Below are positions 36,822-46,563 of a stretch of 58,379 nucleotides of DNA, piece by piece. The DNA comes from a virus. Taxonomy: Duplodnaviria; Caudoviricetes. Both the position numbers and the translations under genes were made by a program. The DNA lies in IMG/VR virus record IMGVR_UViG_3300020395_000009, positions 1 through 58,379 of that record. One strand, written 5' to 3'. The notes beneath the pieces were generated by a model. The model worked only from the letters and a program-made list of their open reading frames with translations. It searched no databases and was not told the origin of the DNA. The first letter of the stretch is position 1; every line of letters begins with the position of its first letter.

Positions 36822-38846
36822 ATGGCTGGTGCTAAGAGGTTTCTATCTACAGTAGTAACTACAGATTTACCTGCTGGAGATGGTATCTGGCAGAATACTT
36901 GTGGAAAGCCCTTAAGTGTTACAATAGGTGCTCAGGCAATTACTACTAGTGTTAATTCTTGCATGACTCTTGCGGTTGGTATTGGTACTACAGTATTTGG
37001 ATCAACATTAGGTATTGCTTCTGGTAATTTTGCAAATTATTTTGGAATGAATGGACCAGGAGCGAATCCAGTTGGGCATAACACAGTATTTGGGACATTT
37101 TACTTAGGATCTGATTGTAATTGTCCAGGTGGTTATTGTGCATCTGCACCAGGTATTGCATCATATATTGCAGCAGACGGAACAGAAACAAAGAATTGGG
37201 AAGGTGGTCATAATCCTTGGGGATGTTGTCTATGTATTTGTGCTGGACCTTATCCAGATACTAGTTGTAGTAGTTGGTGTGGAAATGCTTTCTGGGGTGG
37301 ACAAGAATGGGTAAACCCTGCATTATCATTCTATCACGAATATTCAGGATTATGTTGGGATGCGGTTGAACCTTATGTTAACTGGAATATTGGTGAGTGT
37401 AGAAGTGTTCACGCATTAGGATGGACTAGAAGTGGAACATGTCATTTTGGTAGTTGTCGTGAGAACCCACCGATGTCTTGGCTTCTTCATGGATGTCATG
37501 CTGAAGATCCTAATCAAGCAGCACAAGTATGGATAAATCCTTATTGTTGTTGTGGTAAATGTAACTATTGCAATAGTTCTATTAATACTATGGCAATATG
37601 TTATCAGTATAATAACTATCAATGTGGTGGATTTTATAACTGGTATGCACTAACAAATAATATGCCTGATATTGTTTGTAAGAAATTCTGTTGTGAAAAT
37701 GGTTCGTGTAATATTTGTGAGTGTAATAACCATAGAAACTACAATTGTTTTACTTATAAATGTCCTGATTGGCATACTGCTGGTGATATTGAGATATACT
37801 TAAATTGGATTGCAAGAGGACCACATAAGTATTGCGTATGTTATTGTTGTTCGTGCGGAAGATGGTGTAGAGATAGGTATGAATGTTGTTGTATATCTCA
37901 GTTTACTGATTGTTATTCATGGATATGTCAGCTTTGTTGTTGGCAGCACTGGAGTGAAGGATGGACATGTCATTACGGTGATTGTCGAATGAATCCTTAT
38001 GGTGGTGTTGCAGGTGCAGGAACTCATTGTGGAGTTATACGACATCATAAGACAATGGGTGATTGTCAGATGTGGTTTATTGGAGTTCATTATGCATGTA
38101 CGTTCTATTGTCAGAGATGTAGTTGTTATATGCATACCTTAGATTTATGGATTAAACCTAATAAGTATGGAACTACTGCTTGTTGTACAAATGAGTATGG
38201 TGTTAAATATATGTCATGGAACCCTCAGAAGTGTTGTACATATCTTGCAATACGATCTTCAGAGGCAAAACATTGTGGAATATTCAGTTGGTTTGCATCG
38301 GGACAAGAACATCAATATCGAGATTGGACTTTAGGAGGTAGTAATAGATCAGTATTCTGTATATATCCTTGCGATAGTACTTATTTTACGAAGGTTGCTG
38401 ATTTCCCACCTGCATGGGTTTCTGATGAAAAATATTATAGTCCTATAATGTGTACAACATGTATTCATAGAATAGAAAAATGTTTATGGGCAATTGGTGT
38501 TTATAACTGCGATGAACTTAGGTTTGATCCATTTATATCAACTGATTTGATTAACTGGGCAGCATCTCCTAAAGGCGACCAGATTTCAGAAACGGTTATT
38601 TGTTCTTCTCCGCAGAATTGTATTGTTGAGTATTTATCTACTACATGTAAGTGGAGACAATGTACATCATTTGATGGTGCTGTATGTCAAGAAGGTATTC
38701 TTGATTGGAAGTTATCATTCAATAACTATGAGCGAACAGGTGTTATTATTGACTGTGATGAAAGATTATTTGTTAATAATATCCAGGATAACGCTTCTGG
38801 TATTGGAACAAACTTTAACCTTCAAATTTGGGGGTATGAAGGTTAA
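36822..38846 (+). CDS. Cysteine-rich (about 69 Cys/674 aa) late protein of unknown function
   Basis: Long ORF with late promoter and RBS; many CC/CCC/CxC clusters; C-terminal YERTGVII...FV...IWGYE motif typical of cyanophage virion proteins. Confidence 0.75.
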   Translation: MAGAKRFLSTVVTTDLPAGDGIWQNTCGKPLSVTIGAQAITTSVNSCMTLAVGIGTTVFGSTLGIASGNFANYFGMNGPGANPVGHNTVFGTFYLGSDCNCPGGYCASAPGIASYIAADGTETKNWEGGHNPWGCCLCICAGPYPDTSCSSWCGNAFWGGQEWVNPALSFYHEYSGLCWDAVEPYVNWNIGECRSVHALGWTRSGTCHFGSCRENPPMSWLLHGCHAEDPNQAAQVWINPYCCCGKCNYCNSSINTMAICYQYNNYQCGGFYNWYALTNNMPDIVCKKFCCENGSCNICECNNHRNYNCFTYKCPDWHTAGDIEIYLNWIARGPHKYCVCYCCSCGRWCRDRYECCCISQFTDCYSWICQLCCWQHWSEGWTCHYGDCRMNPYGGVAGAGTHCGVIRHHKTMGDCQMWFIGVHYACTFYCQRCSCYMHTLDLWIKPNKYGTTACCTNEYGVKYMSWNPQKCCTYLAIRSSEAKHCGIFSWFASGQEHQYRDWTLGGSNRSVFCIYPCDSTYFTKVADFPPAWVSDEKYYSPIMCTTCIHRIEKCLWAIGVYNCDELRFDPFISTDLINWAASPKGDQISETVICSSPQNCIVEYLSTTCKWRQCTSFDGAVCQEGILDWKLSFNNYERTGVIIDCDERLFVNNIQDNASGIGTNFNLQIWGYEG

Positions 38847-39619
38847 TGGCACGTTATGTAACAAAAAGATCTGCTGATGGCACATCAGGAGGAACTGGTG
38901 CAGATGGAAATGATTATGAGTGGAAACGAATTTATCATTGTGCTAAGTGGGATAAAGATTATGGTAATGATTTTGCGATGACTCTTCCTACATGTGATTA
39001 CCAGGCATTTAGATTTAGAATGGATGGTGTTAGAATTTGTGCAGCAAATCATATGTGTTGGTGCTTTGGTTTTGGATATAATAATGGACAATATCAGGGT
39101 AATAATAATAAATATTATGGGTGGTGTAACTGGTGTTGGCCATCAAGATCATGTTGTTGTTGGAGTAATTTTGCAGAAGGACATTTTTGTGCATGGGCAC
39201 ATCAGTCTGGTGGTGGATCTTATGAGGGTGCTGGTATCTTTGATTTATGTATTTTCCAGTGGGGTCAATGTGCATACCCTCAATCATGTTGTTTATGTCA
39301 GGTAGGATTTGATCTTAAGTGGAGAGCAACAGAATATTGTGGTTGGAGAAGAAGATGGGGATTTAGTTATGATTGGTTATCTGCAATGGATTGGATTCCT
39401 AGAGGAGCAGATCATACTGGTAGTTGGTGTGGATGTACTTTTGATACTTTATGTATTTGTTCCCCACAAAGTTTAGCACCAGCAGTTTGTAATTCTTATA
39501 AGTCAGGTACTAGTGCATATAGATCTAATTGGGCAGTTTATGGAATACCTTGGGGGCATGTACATGATGGTGATTCAGGACCATCTTCAGGTGCTAGTAC
39601 ATCTGGACTACCAACTTAG
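38846..39619 (+). CDS. Cys/Trp-rich protein (about 22 Cys/257 aa) of unknown function
   Basis: TAATG stop-start overlap with the previous gene; WCNWCWPSRSCCCW; ends ...WAVYGI like small beta-sandwich fibre-tip domains. Confidence 0.7.
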   Translation: MARYVTKRSADGTSGGTGADGNDYEWKRIYHCAKWDKDYGNDFAMTLPTCDYQAFRFRMDGVRICAANHMCWCFGFGYNNGQYQGNNNKYYGWCNWCWPSRSCCCWSNFAEGHFCAWAHQSGGGSYEGAGIFDLCIFQWGQCAYPQSCCLCQVGFDLKWRATEYCGWRRRWGFSYDWLSAMDWIPRGADHTGSWCGCTFDTLCICSPQSLAPAVCNSYKSGTSAYRSNWAVYGIPWGHVHDGDSGPSSGASTSGLPT

Positions 39620-39627
39620 GAGGCATT

Positions 39628-40623
39628 ATGGGAATAATAATTAACTTAGACGGTACAGAAACAGAGTTTTCGCATAGTATTGATGAGCAACAGATTCTTG
39701 CTAATGAAGTTTCTGGATGGGAAATTAGCGACAAAGAATCTATGCTCCAACTTAGGAAGCAAAGGGATCAACTTTTATTAGAATGTGATTGGACTCAAGG
39801 TGTAGATTCTCCTTTAGATAGTACTACTAAAACTGCATGGGCAACTTATAGACAGAAACTTCGTGATTTAACTTCTTTAGAAAATGCTCCAAGTCATTTA
39901 TTAGATTCTGAGTGGCCATTAGCTCCAGGACAATCTGAACTTCCTGAAGAATCATATGAGTTTATGAGAAAAAATTTAGATCCTGTTGGATTGGGTACTA
40001 CTTCTTGGGTAGCTACTGAAAGTTCTTATAAAGAACTTAATGGACCACCTGTATATAAGAATACTCCTAATACTAGAAAGACTATAATATTTGAGGCTCC
40101 TCTTAGTACTATGTCTGGAGGGACTGTAAGTATAGGAGATACCTTTGCATATAATGGTGAGAGTTGTACGATAACAGGAGTGGCAGCAACTTCTATTACA
40201 TTAGCTACTGGTATTGGTGCTACAATTTCAGTAGGTACGATAGGAAAATTCTTACATCAACAAGAAATATATGTTAGACAAGATAAACCTTTATTTAAGT
40301 CATCTGTAAGTGTTGGATCTACTGTAGTTGGAGTAGGAAGTACAGTTGTAGTTACGCTATCAACTATTAATCAAGCAAGTGCAATTAGTGTTGTATATAA
40401 AATTAATGGATACCAGTATGATGGGTTAATTCCTGATAATAAGGCAAATGGTAATTTTATTATTGAACCAGATCCTGTTACACATATAGGAGTAACAACA
40501 CTTACTATTGGTTTGTCAACTGATATTTCTAATTACTATTGGGATGATGGTTTAGCATTCCACTTTGATGGAGTAGACTATGATGGTCATTTAGGAGCTT
40601 TTGTAGGGATAACCACAACGTAG
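39628..40623 (+). CDS. Tail fibre assembly chaperone-domain protein with long C-terminal extension
   Basis: LRKQRDQLLLECDWTQ..DSPL....KTAWATYRQKLRDL...WP is the phage tail assembly chaperone motif; AGGAGG RBS at 39618-39623. Confidence 0.75.
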   Translation: MGIIINLDGTETEFSHSIDEQQILANEVSGWEISDKESMLQLRKQRDQLLLECDWTQGVDSPLDSTTKTAWATYRQKLRDLTSLENAPSHLLDSEWPLAPGQSELPEESYEFMRKNLDPVGLGTTSWVATESSYKELNGPPVYKNTPNTRKTIIFEAPLSTMSGGTVSIGDTFAYNGESCTITGVAATSITLATGIGATISVGTIGKFLHQQEIYVRQDKPLFKSSVSVGSTVVGVGSTVVVTLSTINQASAISVVYKINGYQYDGLIPDNKANGNFIIEPDPVTHIGVTTLTIGLSTDISNYYWDDGLAFHFDGVDYDGHLGAFVGITTT

Positions 40624-40657
40624 TTGCACAAATAACCTTTTGAGTGTATAATAAATA
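40624..40657 (+). promoter_or_regulatory. Overlapping sigma70-like and late promoters ahead of the sugar cluster
   Basis: TTGCAC 40624-40629, 17 bp, TATAAT 40647-40652; ATAAATA at 40651-40657. Confidence 0.6.
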
Positions 40658-40700
40658 CCAGTGTATTGATTTACATGAAACGGTATTTTGGTCTTTACTT

Positions 40701-41648
40701 ATGACTCGAAGAAAGGTTTTCACCTTAGATGGTGGGGCAGGACGTGCTATAACTGCAATTCCAGCGTTAGAAAAATATGCTAAAGCACATCCTGATGAAG
40801 ATTGGAAGATTGTTATAGGTGGTTGGGATACTTTAATGTTTGGTAATCCTCTTCTGCAGGATAGAACCTTTAGTATGGATGTAAAGGGATTATTTGAGAA
40901 TGTAATTAAAGATTCTGAGATAGTTCATCCAGAACCTTATACACAATGGGCATATTATAATCAGCAATGTTCTCTTGCAGAGGCATTTGATAAAGTTATT
41001 AATGAAACAGAAGATCATTCGGATTTAGGTAAACCGAATATGTATCTCTGTAAAGCAGAAGAGAAGGGTGCTGCTAATGCTCTTGCTAGTATTAAGGCAA
41101 AGCAGAATAAAGATATTACAATAGTAATTCAACCATTTGGTAGATCAGCAAGAGCTGATAATGGAGATGTTGTTGATGATAGTAGTAGGTCAATAGAACC
41201 ACATGTTTATCAGAAGCTGGTTAAAAAATTATCTCAGAAGTATAATATTATATTAATGGCAGAAGGTGATTTTATAAAAGAAGTTGAGAAAGAAGATACT
41301 TACTCAGAAAAACCACAATTACCAGATCTTCGTGCTTGGTCTGCTATTATTGAAGGGTGTGATTATTTTATTGGATGTGATAGTGTAGGGCAGCATATGG
41401 CAAGAGCATTTGATATTCCAGGTACAGTTATACTTGGATCAACTTTTGCTGAGAATGTTAGTTATCCTGATTGGTTTCAGATTATTGATGATAAGAAAAC
41501 AGAAAAAAGGTATTCTCCTATCAGAATATGTGGATTTGATAATCATCTTGCAGATAGATTGAATGATAGATTGATGGAATTTGACGATAAAGAAATAACT
41601 GATATTTATACTAGAATTGTAAAAGATATCAAGGAGAAAGTTTCATGA
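40701..41648 (+). CDS. GT-B glycosyltransferase, GT9 (heptosyltransferase)-like
   Basis: N-terminal DGGAGR, IVIQPFG, LRAWSAIIEGCDYFIGCDSVGQHMARAFDIPGTVILGST (GT9-type DS..H.A motif). Start ATG 40701 lies downstream of the promoter. Confidence 0.75.
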   Translation: MTRRKVFTLDGGAGRAITAIPALEKYAKAHPDEDWKIVIGGWDTLMFGNPLLQDRTFSMDVKGLFENVIKDSEIVHPEPYTQWAYYNQQCSLAEAFDKVINETEDHSDLGKPNMYLCKAEEKGAANALASIKAKQNKDITIVIQPFGRSARADNGDVVDDSSRSIEPHVYQKLVKKLSQKYNIILMAEGDFIKEVEKEDTYSEKPQLPDLRAWSAIIEGCDYFIGCDSVGQHMARAFDIPGTVILGSTFAENVSYPDWFQIIDDKKTEKRYSPIRICGFDNHLADRLNDRLMEFDDKEITDIYTRIVKDIKEKVS

Positions 41649-43432
41649 ATATATTAGCAATTAATCCAGGTCATAATGGATCTGCTGCTCTTGTTGCCGA
41701 TGGTAAATTAGAAGTTTATATAGAAGAAGAAAGGATGTCTCGTGTGAAGCGAGATGGTAATCCGTATAAGGCGATGATATGGTTGATGCAGAAGTATACT
41801 ATAAATTATCTTGTTATATGTGGTAATGGATCTGAACACGAAAGGCATGTGCTTCCCTGGACAGGTGAGAATTCTTATGAAGCATTAGTAAGAAAATTTT
41901 ATCCAAAAGTAGAAGTACTTAGTTTTGGACATATGCATCATTTAGCACATGCTGCATCTGCTTTTTATGGTTCTGGATTTGATAGTGCTGCTGCTCTTAT
42001 AGTTGATGGTTGTGGAGCATCAAGAAAATTTCCTAATATTGAGGATATGCCTGAAGAACAAAAGTTTACTTATTTTGAGACGGAAAGTATCTACAAATGT
42101 GAATGGCCTGATAAGATAGAAGAAGTTTGGAAAAGATATGGAGAAAATAGTGGACCTAGAATAGAAACACCAGATACTGATGCTGATTCTGCAGTTACAC
42201 TTACTAAATCTTATGAAGCAGTTTCAGAATGGCTTGGGTTTGGTGCTATAGAAGCAGGTAAAACAATGGGTCTTGCTCCTTATGGTAGAGAAGATAAGAA
42301 TATCCCTAATCTTTTTATGGAGGATACTTTAAGAGGAGATAAGAATATTTTTATACCAGCATATCCTAGATGTGCATATCTTGATCAAATTAGATACCCA
42401 TATCTAAATGTTAGTAAGGATTTTACTAAAGATGAAGATGGAAGGGATCTTGTTTATTGGCATAAAGATAAAAGTAAGATAAGGGATGTGCATAAAAATT
42501 TAGCATATAAAATCCAGAAAGAAACACAAGAAATGATGTGTACTTATATTGAAAAGGCAGTTGATATGACTGGAGAGAAGAATATTGTTATATCTGGTGG
42601 ATATGGATTAAATGTTATTGCTAATACCTATTATCAAGAAAAGTTCCCTGAGTTAAACATTTTTGTAGATCCAATATGCCATGATGGTGGACTATCTATT
42701 GGTGCAGCAAAATTTATTTCGCAACAATATGCAAAGACTAGTGATATCACTTATGAGAAAGATCCTCTAAAGAATGTTTATCTTGGTCCTGAATATAATT
42801 ATACTGATGAAATTCTTGATGGTTATTTGGAATTTAATAAACTTGATGATGTAGAGATAGTAGAAACTACTGATGCAGAAGTTGCTCAGTTGATTAAGGA
42901 TCGTAATATTGTTACTATCTTCCAGGGAAAATCTGAAGGTGGTCCAAGAGCACTTGGTAATCGTTCTATCCTTTATGATCCAACAGATCCTGATGGTAAG
43001 GATTTTGTCAATACTGTTAAGGGTCGTGAGTGGTTCCGTCCATTTGCTGCATCAATTCTTAAGGAACATGCAAAAGAATGGTTTGATATGAAAGGATTAA
43101 GAGAAAGTCCTTACATGATGTATGCTCTTGAGGTGAGTGATGCACATATAGGTGAGATACCAGCAGTTACGCATGTTGATGGTACATGTAGGATTCAGAC
43201 TGTATCTAAGTTAGACAATACTAGTTACTATGCTCTTATTAAAGAGTTTTATAAGTTAACTGGTGTTCCAATATTGTTTAATACTTCATTTAATCTTGGA
43301 GGAGAACCTCTTGTAGAGAATCTTGATGATGCAATTAATACATTAAGAAATAGTAAGTTAGAATATATGTATATGCCAGAACTTGGTAAATTAATTAAAG
43401 TTCCTAATAAGGAGGAGGAATCTGATGGGTAG
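41645..43432 (+). CDS. O-carbamoyltransferase (NodU/CmcH/TobZ family)
   Basis: HNGSAAL, EEERMSRVK, HHLAHAASAF, AGKTMGLAPYG, EGGPRALGNRSIL, VKGREWFRPFA, HVDGTCRIQTV, NTSFNLGGEPLVE. Confidence 0.93.
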   Translation: MNILAINPGHNGSAALVADGKLEVYIEEERMSRVKRDGNPYKAMIWLMQKYTINYLVICGNGSEHERHVLPWTGENSYEALVRKFYPKVEVLSFGHMHHLAHAASAFYGSGFDSAAALIVDGCGASRKFPNIEDMPEEQKFTYFETESIYKCEWPDKIEEVWKRYGENSGPRIETPDTDADSAVTLTKSYEAVSEWLGFGAIEAGKTMGLAPYGREDKNIPNLFMEDTLRGDKNIFIPAYPRCAYLDQIRYPYLNVSKDFTKDEDGRDLVYWHKDKSKIRDVHKNLAYKIQKETQEMMCTYIEKAVDMTGEKNIVISGGYGLNVIANTYYQEKFPELNIFVDPICHDGGLSIGAAKFISQQYAKTSDITYEKDPLKNVYLGPEYNYTDEILDGYLEFNKLDDVEIVETTDAEVAQLIKDRNIVTIFQGKSEGGPRALGNRSILYDPTDPDGKDFVNTVKGREWFRPFAASILKEHAKEWFDMKGLRESPYMMYALEVSDAHIGEIPAVTHVDGTCRIQTVSKLDNTSYYALIKEFYKLTGVPILFNTSFNLGGEPLVENLDDAINTLRNSKLEYMYMPELGKLIKVPNKEEESDG

Positions 43433-44081
43433 ATATAAATCAACACAACCACCGTCACAAATACCTCAAGAGATGCCAGATGGATCACCTCCTCCTGGTT
43501 ATTCAATATATAATCCAGAAGATTGGCCAAAAGAATTTCCAAATGGAGTAATTGGTATTGATAGAGATGGTGTTATAAATGAATGGAAGAATGTAATTAA
43601 AAGGCATGAGGATGTTAAATGGATACCAGGATCATTAGAAGGGATTCGTACTTTAAGATTAAAGGGATATCATGTTATGATGTTTTCTGATCAACCCATA
43701 ATGAAGGGGTTGATAAAAGCAGAAGAAGTTGATAAGATAATGAATACTTTTTATATGCGAGAGTTTGGGCAGAATGGTATTTTCTCTATTGATGGATTTT
43801 TATATAATACGAGTAATGATCCAAGAGATATGTATTCTAAACCAAATACTGGTATGTTTAATAAAATGAAGCAAATGTATAAGATGGATATTACGGGAGG
43901 GTATTATGTCGGTGATACACTAGATGATATTAAGATGGCACAGAATGGTGGTGCTAAACCTGTATTGGTTAGAACTGGATTCGGTGCAAAGACTGAGAAA
44001 GAAAACTTTAAGGGAATTAATACCAAATATAAAGACGTACAAATTTTTGACAACCTATTAGATTTCGCTAACTCATTATGA
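43425..44081 (+). CDS. gmhB: GmhB-like D,D-heptose-1,7-bisphosphate phosphatase (HAD)
   Basis: DRDGVIN, WIPGSLEGI, KPNTGMF, YVGDTLDDI, VLVRTGFG; lacks the Zn-binding cysteines. Confidence 0.75.
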   Translation: MGRYKSTQPPSQIPQEMPDGSPPPGYSIYNPEDWPKEFPNGVIGIDRDGVINEWKNVIKRHEDVKWIPGSLEGIRTLRLKGYHVMMFSDQPIMKGLIKAEEVDKIMNTFYMREFGQNGIFSIDGFLYNTSNDPRDMYSKPNTGMFNKMKQMYKMDITGGYYVGDTLDDIKMAQNGGAKPVLVRTGFGAKTEKENFKGINTKYKDVQIFDNLLDFANSL

Positions 44082-45103
44082 AAAGAGCTCTTATTACTGG
44101 TGGTGCAGGTTTCATTGCTCACCATATGATCGGTCAGATACTTGAGAATACTGACTGGGAAGTTATTACATTAGATCGTCTTGATTATAGTGGTAACTTA
44201 AATCGTCTTCATGACTTGATGCTTTCTTATGACCCAGAGGTTAGAAGTAGAGTAAAGATTGTACATCATGATCTTAAGGCAGAACTTAATCCACTTGTTC
44301 GTAGTGAGGTTGGTGATGTAGATTATATTTTACATCTTGCTGCAGGATCTCATGTAGATAGAAGTATTGATTATCCAATGGAATTTGTCATGGATAATGT
44401 TGTAGGTACATGTAATATACTAGAGTTTGCACGTACTCAAAAGGATAACTTAGAAAGGTTTATCTACTTTGGAACTGATGAGGTATTTGGTCCTGCACCT
44501 AATGGTATCAAGTACAAGGAGAATGATAGGTTTAACTCTACCAATCCATATAGTGCTAGTAAGGCAGGTGGTGAAGAGTTAGCAGTAGCATATGAGAATA
44601 CCTATAACCTTCCCATATACATTACACATACAATGAATGTCTTTGGTGAGCGTCAGCATCCAGAGAAGTATATTCCTATGTGTATCCGAAGGGCAAGGGA
44701 TGGTGAAACTATTACTATTCATAGTGACTCTACCAAAACAATTCCTGGTTCTAGACATTATATTCATGCAGAAGATGTCTCGTCTGCTATTCTATTCTTA
44801 TTAAATTATGAAGGTGAGTTTGAGCCAACATGGGGTAATGCTAAGTGTCCTAAGTTTAATATTGTTGGATCAGAAGAACTTAACAACCTAGAGTTAGCAC
44901 AGATTATTGCTGATGCTCAAGGTAAAGAATTAAAATATGAGTTAGTTGACTTCCATTCATCCAGACCAGGACATGACTTACGTTATGCATTGGATGGTGA
45001 TAAGATGAAGCAACTTGGTTGGGAACCTGCTAAGACAGTAAGAGAACGTATTGCAGATGTAACTAAGTGGACATTGGAAAATGAACGCTGGATTACTTTA
45101 TGA
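44078..45103 (+). CDS. NDP-sugar 4,6-dehydratase (RmlB-like extended SDR)
   Basis: LITGGAGFIA, HLAAGSHVDRSI, GTDEVFG, NPYSASK, NVFGERQHPEK, RPGHDLRYALD. Confidence 0.9.
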   Translation: MKRALITGGAGFIAHHMIGQILENTDWEVITLDRLDYSGNLNRLHDLMLSYDPEVRSRVKIVHHDLKAELNPLVRSEVGDVDYILHLAAGSHVDRSIDYPMEFVMDNVVGTCNILEFARTQKDNLERFIYFGTDEVFGPAPNGIKYKENDRFNSTNPYSASKAGGEELAVAYENTYNLPIYITHTMNVFGERQHPEKYIPMCIRRARDGETITIHSDSTKTIPGSRHYIHAEDVSSAILFLLNYEGEFEPTWGNAKCPKFNIVGSEELNNLELAQIIADAQGKELKYELVDFHSSRPGHDLRYALDGDKMKQLGWEPAKTVRERIADVTKWTLENERWITL

Positions 45104-45507
45104 TGGAGAATGATATAGTATGGTGTAATGGTACATTTGATATACTTCATCCAGGTCACATACAACTCTTTAAGGTTGCAAGGTCACTTGGTAGGAAAGT
45201 TATTGTTGCTACTGATACTGATGAGAAGATAAAGGCAGACAAAGGAGATCATAGACCAGTTAATGATCTATGTTATAGAGTGGCAATGCTTGAGGCAATT
45301 AAGTATATTGATGTAGTCCACACATTTGGTAGTAGACAAGAGTTAGAAGACTTGATAGAATTGTATGCACCTGATATACTATTACTTGGTGATGATTGGA
45401 GGGATGGTGATGTAGTTGGATGGGAACATGCAGGTGAAGTCAGGCATCTTCCAAGAGTTGGTGGCTATGCTAGTAGTAAAACTATCGAAAGAATTAAAAA
45501 TCTATGA
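45100..45507 (+). CDS. hldC: Heptose-1-phosphate adenylyltransferase (HldE domain II / HldC / RfaE2)
   Basis: NGTFDILHPGH (HxGH), KGDHRPVN, R..ML, LLLGDDW, GYASSKTIERI. Confidence 0.85.
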   Translation: MMENDIVWCNGTFDILHPGHIQLFKVARSLGRKVIVATDTDEKIKADKGDHRPVNDLCYRVAMLEAIKYIDVVHTFGSRQELEDLIELYAPDILLLGDDWRDGDVVGWEHAGEVRHLPRVGGYASSKTIERIKNL

Positions 45508-46235
45508 GAGTATTAGTTATTGGTGATAGTTGTGAAGACAGATTTGTTTATGGTAATGCCAAACGGTTAAGTCCAGAAGCACCTGTTCCTATACTAGAAT
45601 CTCAGAGAACTGAGACTAGTAAAGGAATGGCATGGAATGTTTTTAATAACTTACTAGCATTTGGTATAGAAACCTCTATGCTTACTAATGCAGAACAGAT
45701 AGTAAAGACAAGATATATTGATGAGAAGTCTAATTACCAGATCCTTAGAGTAGATGATGAACCTGAAATTAAACCATTAGAGGAGGTAGTTTCTAATGAT
45801 AATTATGATGCCCTTGTTATATCTGATTATGATAAGGGGTTTATAAAACAGGAGAAGTTATTTGAGATATGTTCTACATTTGTTGGTCCAATTTTTGTTG
45901 ACACTAAAAAGAATAATATACCAGAAAATGCTTATGTTAAGATAAACGAGTCTGAATTTGAGAAGGTTACTCATTATGATCCAAATAATTTGATCATAAC
46001 TAAGGGAGGGAAAGGTGCTGAATATCAAGGTAATTTATATCCAGCAGAGAAAGTGAATGTATATGATGTAGTTGGTGCAGGTGATACTTTTCTTGCTGCA
46101 CTGACATTTGGATTTTTACAGTATGGTAAAATGGAGGAAGCAATTCCTTTAGCAAATAAAGCAGCAGCAATTGCTGTATCACACACAGGAACATACGTAC
46201 TACAGGAGGAAGATGTCAAAAAGATACTGCGTTGA
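45504..46235 (+). CDS. hldA: Heptose-7-phosphate kinase (HldE domain I / HldA / RfaE1, PfkB family)
   Basis: VLVIGD, RLSPEAPVP, KTRY, QILRVD, ISDYDKG, VDTK, VYDVVGAGDTFLAAL, LANKAAAIAV. Confidence 0.88.
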   Translation: MRVLVIGDSCEDRFVYGNAKRLSPEAPVPILESQRTETSKGMAWNVFNNLLAFGIETSMLTNAEQIVKTRYIDEKSNYQILRVDDEPEIKPLEEVVSNDNYDALVISDYDKGFIKQEKLFEICSTFVGPIFVDTKKNNIPENAYVKINESEFEKVTHYDPNNLIITKGGKGAEYQGNLYPAEKVNVYDVVGAGDTFLAALTFGFLQYGKMEEAIPLANKAAAIAVSHTGTYVLQEEDVKKILR

Positions 46236-46563
46236 TATTGATGGTACAATCTGTACTCCTACTGTGGGTAGAGATTACCACAAAGCAGAACCTTGGAAAG
46301 ATAGAATCAAGGTACTAAATAAACTTTACGATGAAGGTAATTATATTATCTACTTCACTGCACGGGCTATGGGTAGATTTTCTGATAAACCTCATTCTAT
46401 TGCATCTGTATCAGCAGAGGCAGTTTTATTTGATCTTACAAAACAACAATTAGATGATTGGGGTGTTAAGTATCATGAGTTAATCATGGGTAAACCACAT
46501 GCTGATTATTTTATAGATGATAAAGCCTGGACAGATGTATCCTTTTTTAATGATAAGAGATGA
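46213..46563 (+). CDS. Small HAD-family phosphatase (capsule-biosynthesis type)
   Basis: CVDIDGTIC, IIYFTARAMG, WGVKYHELIMGKP, FIDDKA; start ATG 46213. Confidence 0.8.
   Translation: MSKRYCVDIDGTICTPTVGRDYHKAEPWKDRIKVLNKLYDEGNYIIYFTARAMGRFSDKPHSIASVSAEAVLFDLTKQQLDDWGVKYHELIMGKPHADYFIDDKAWTDVSFFNDKR

Noticed and set aside
36822-39619. Cys-rich ORFs as RiPP precursors, recoded genes or spurious frames
   Set aside because: Too long for precursors, no RiPP maturases nearby, standard stops behave normally in flanking core genes, and they have promoter, RBS and coupling like real genes.
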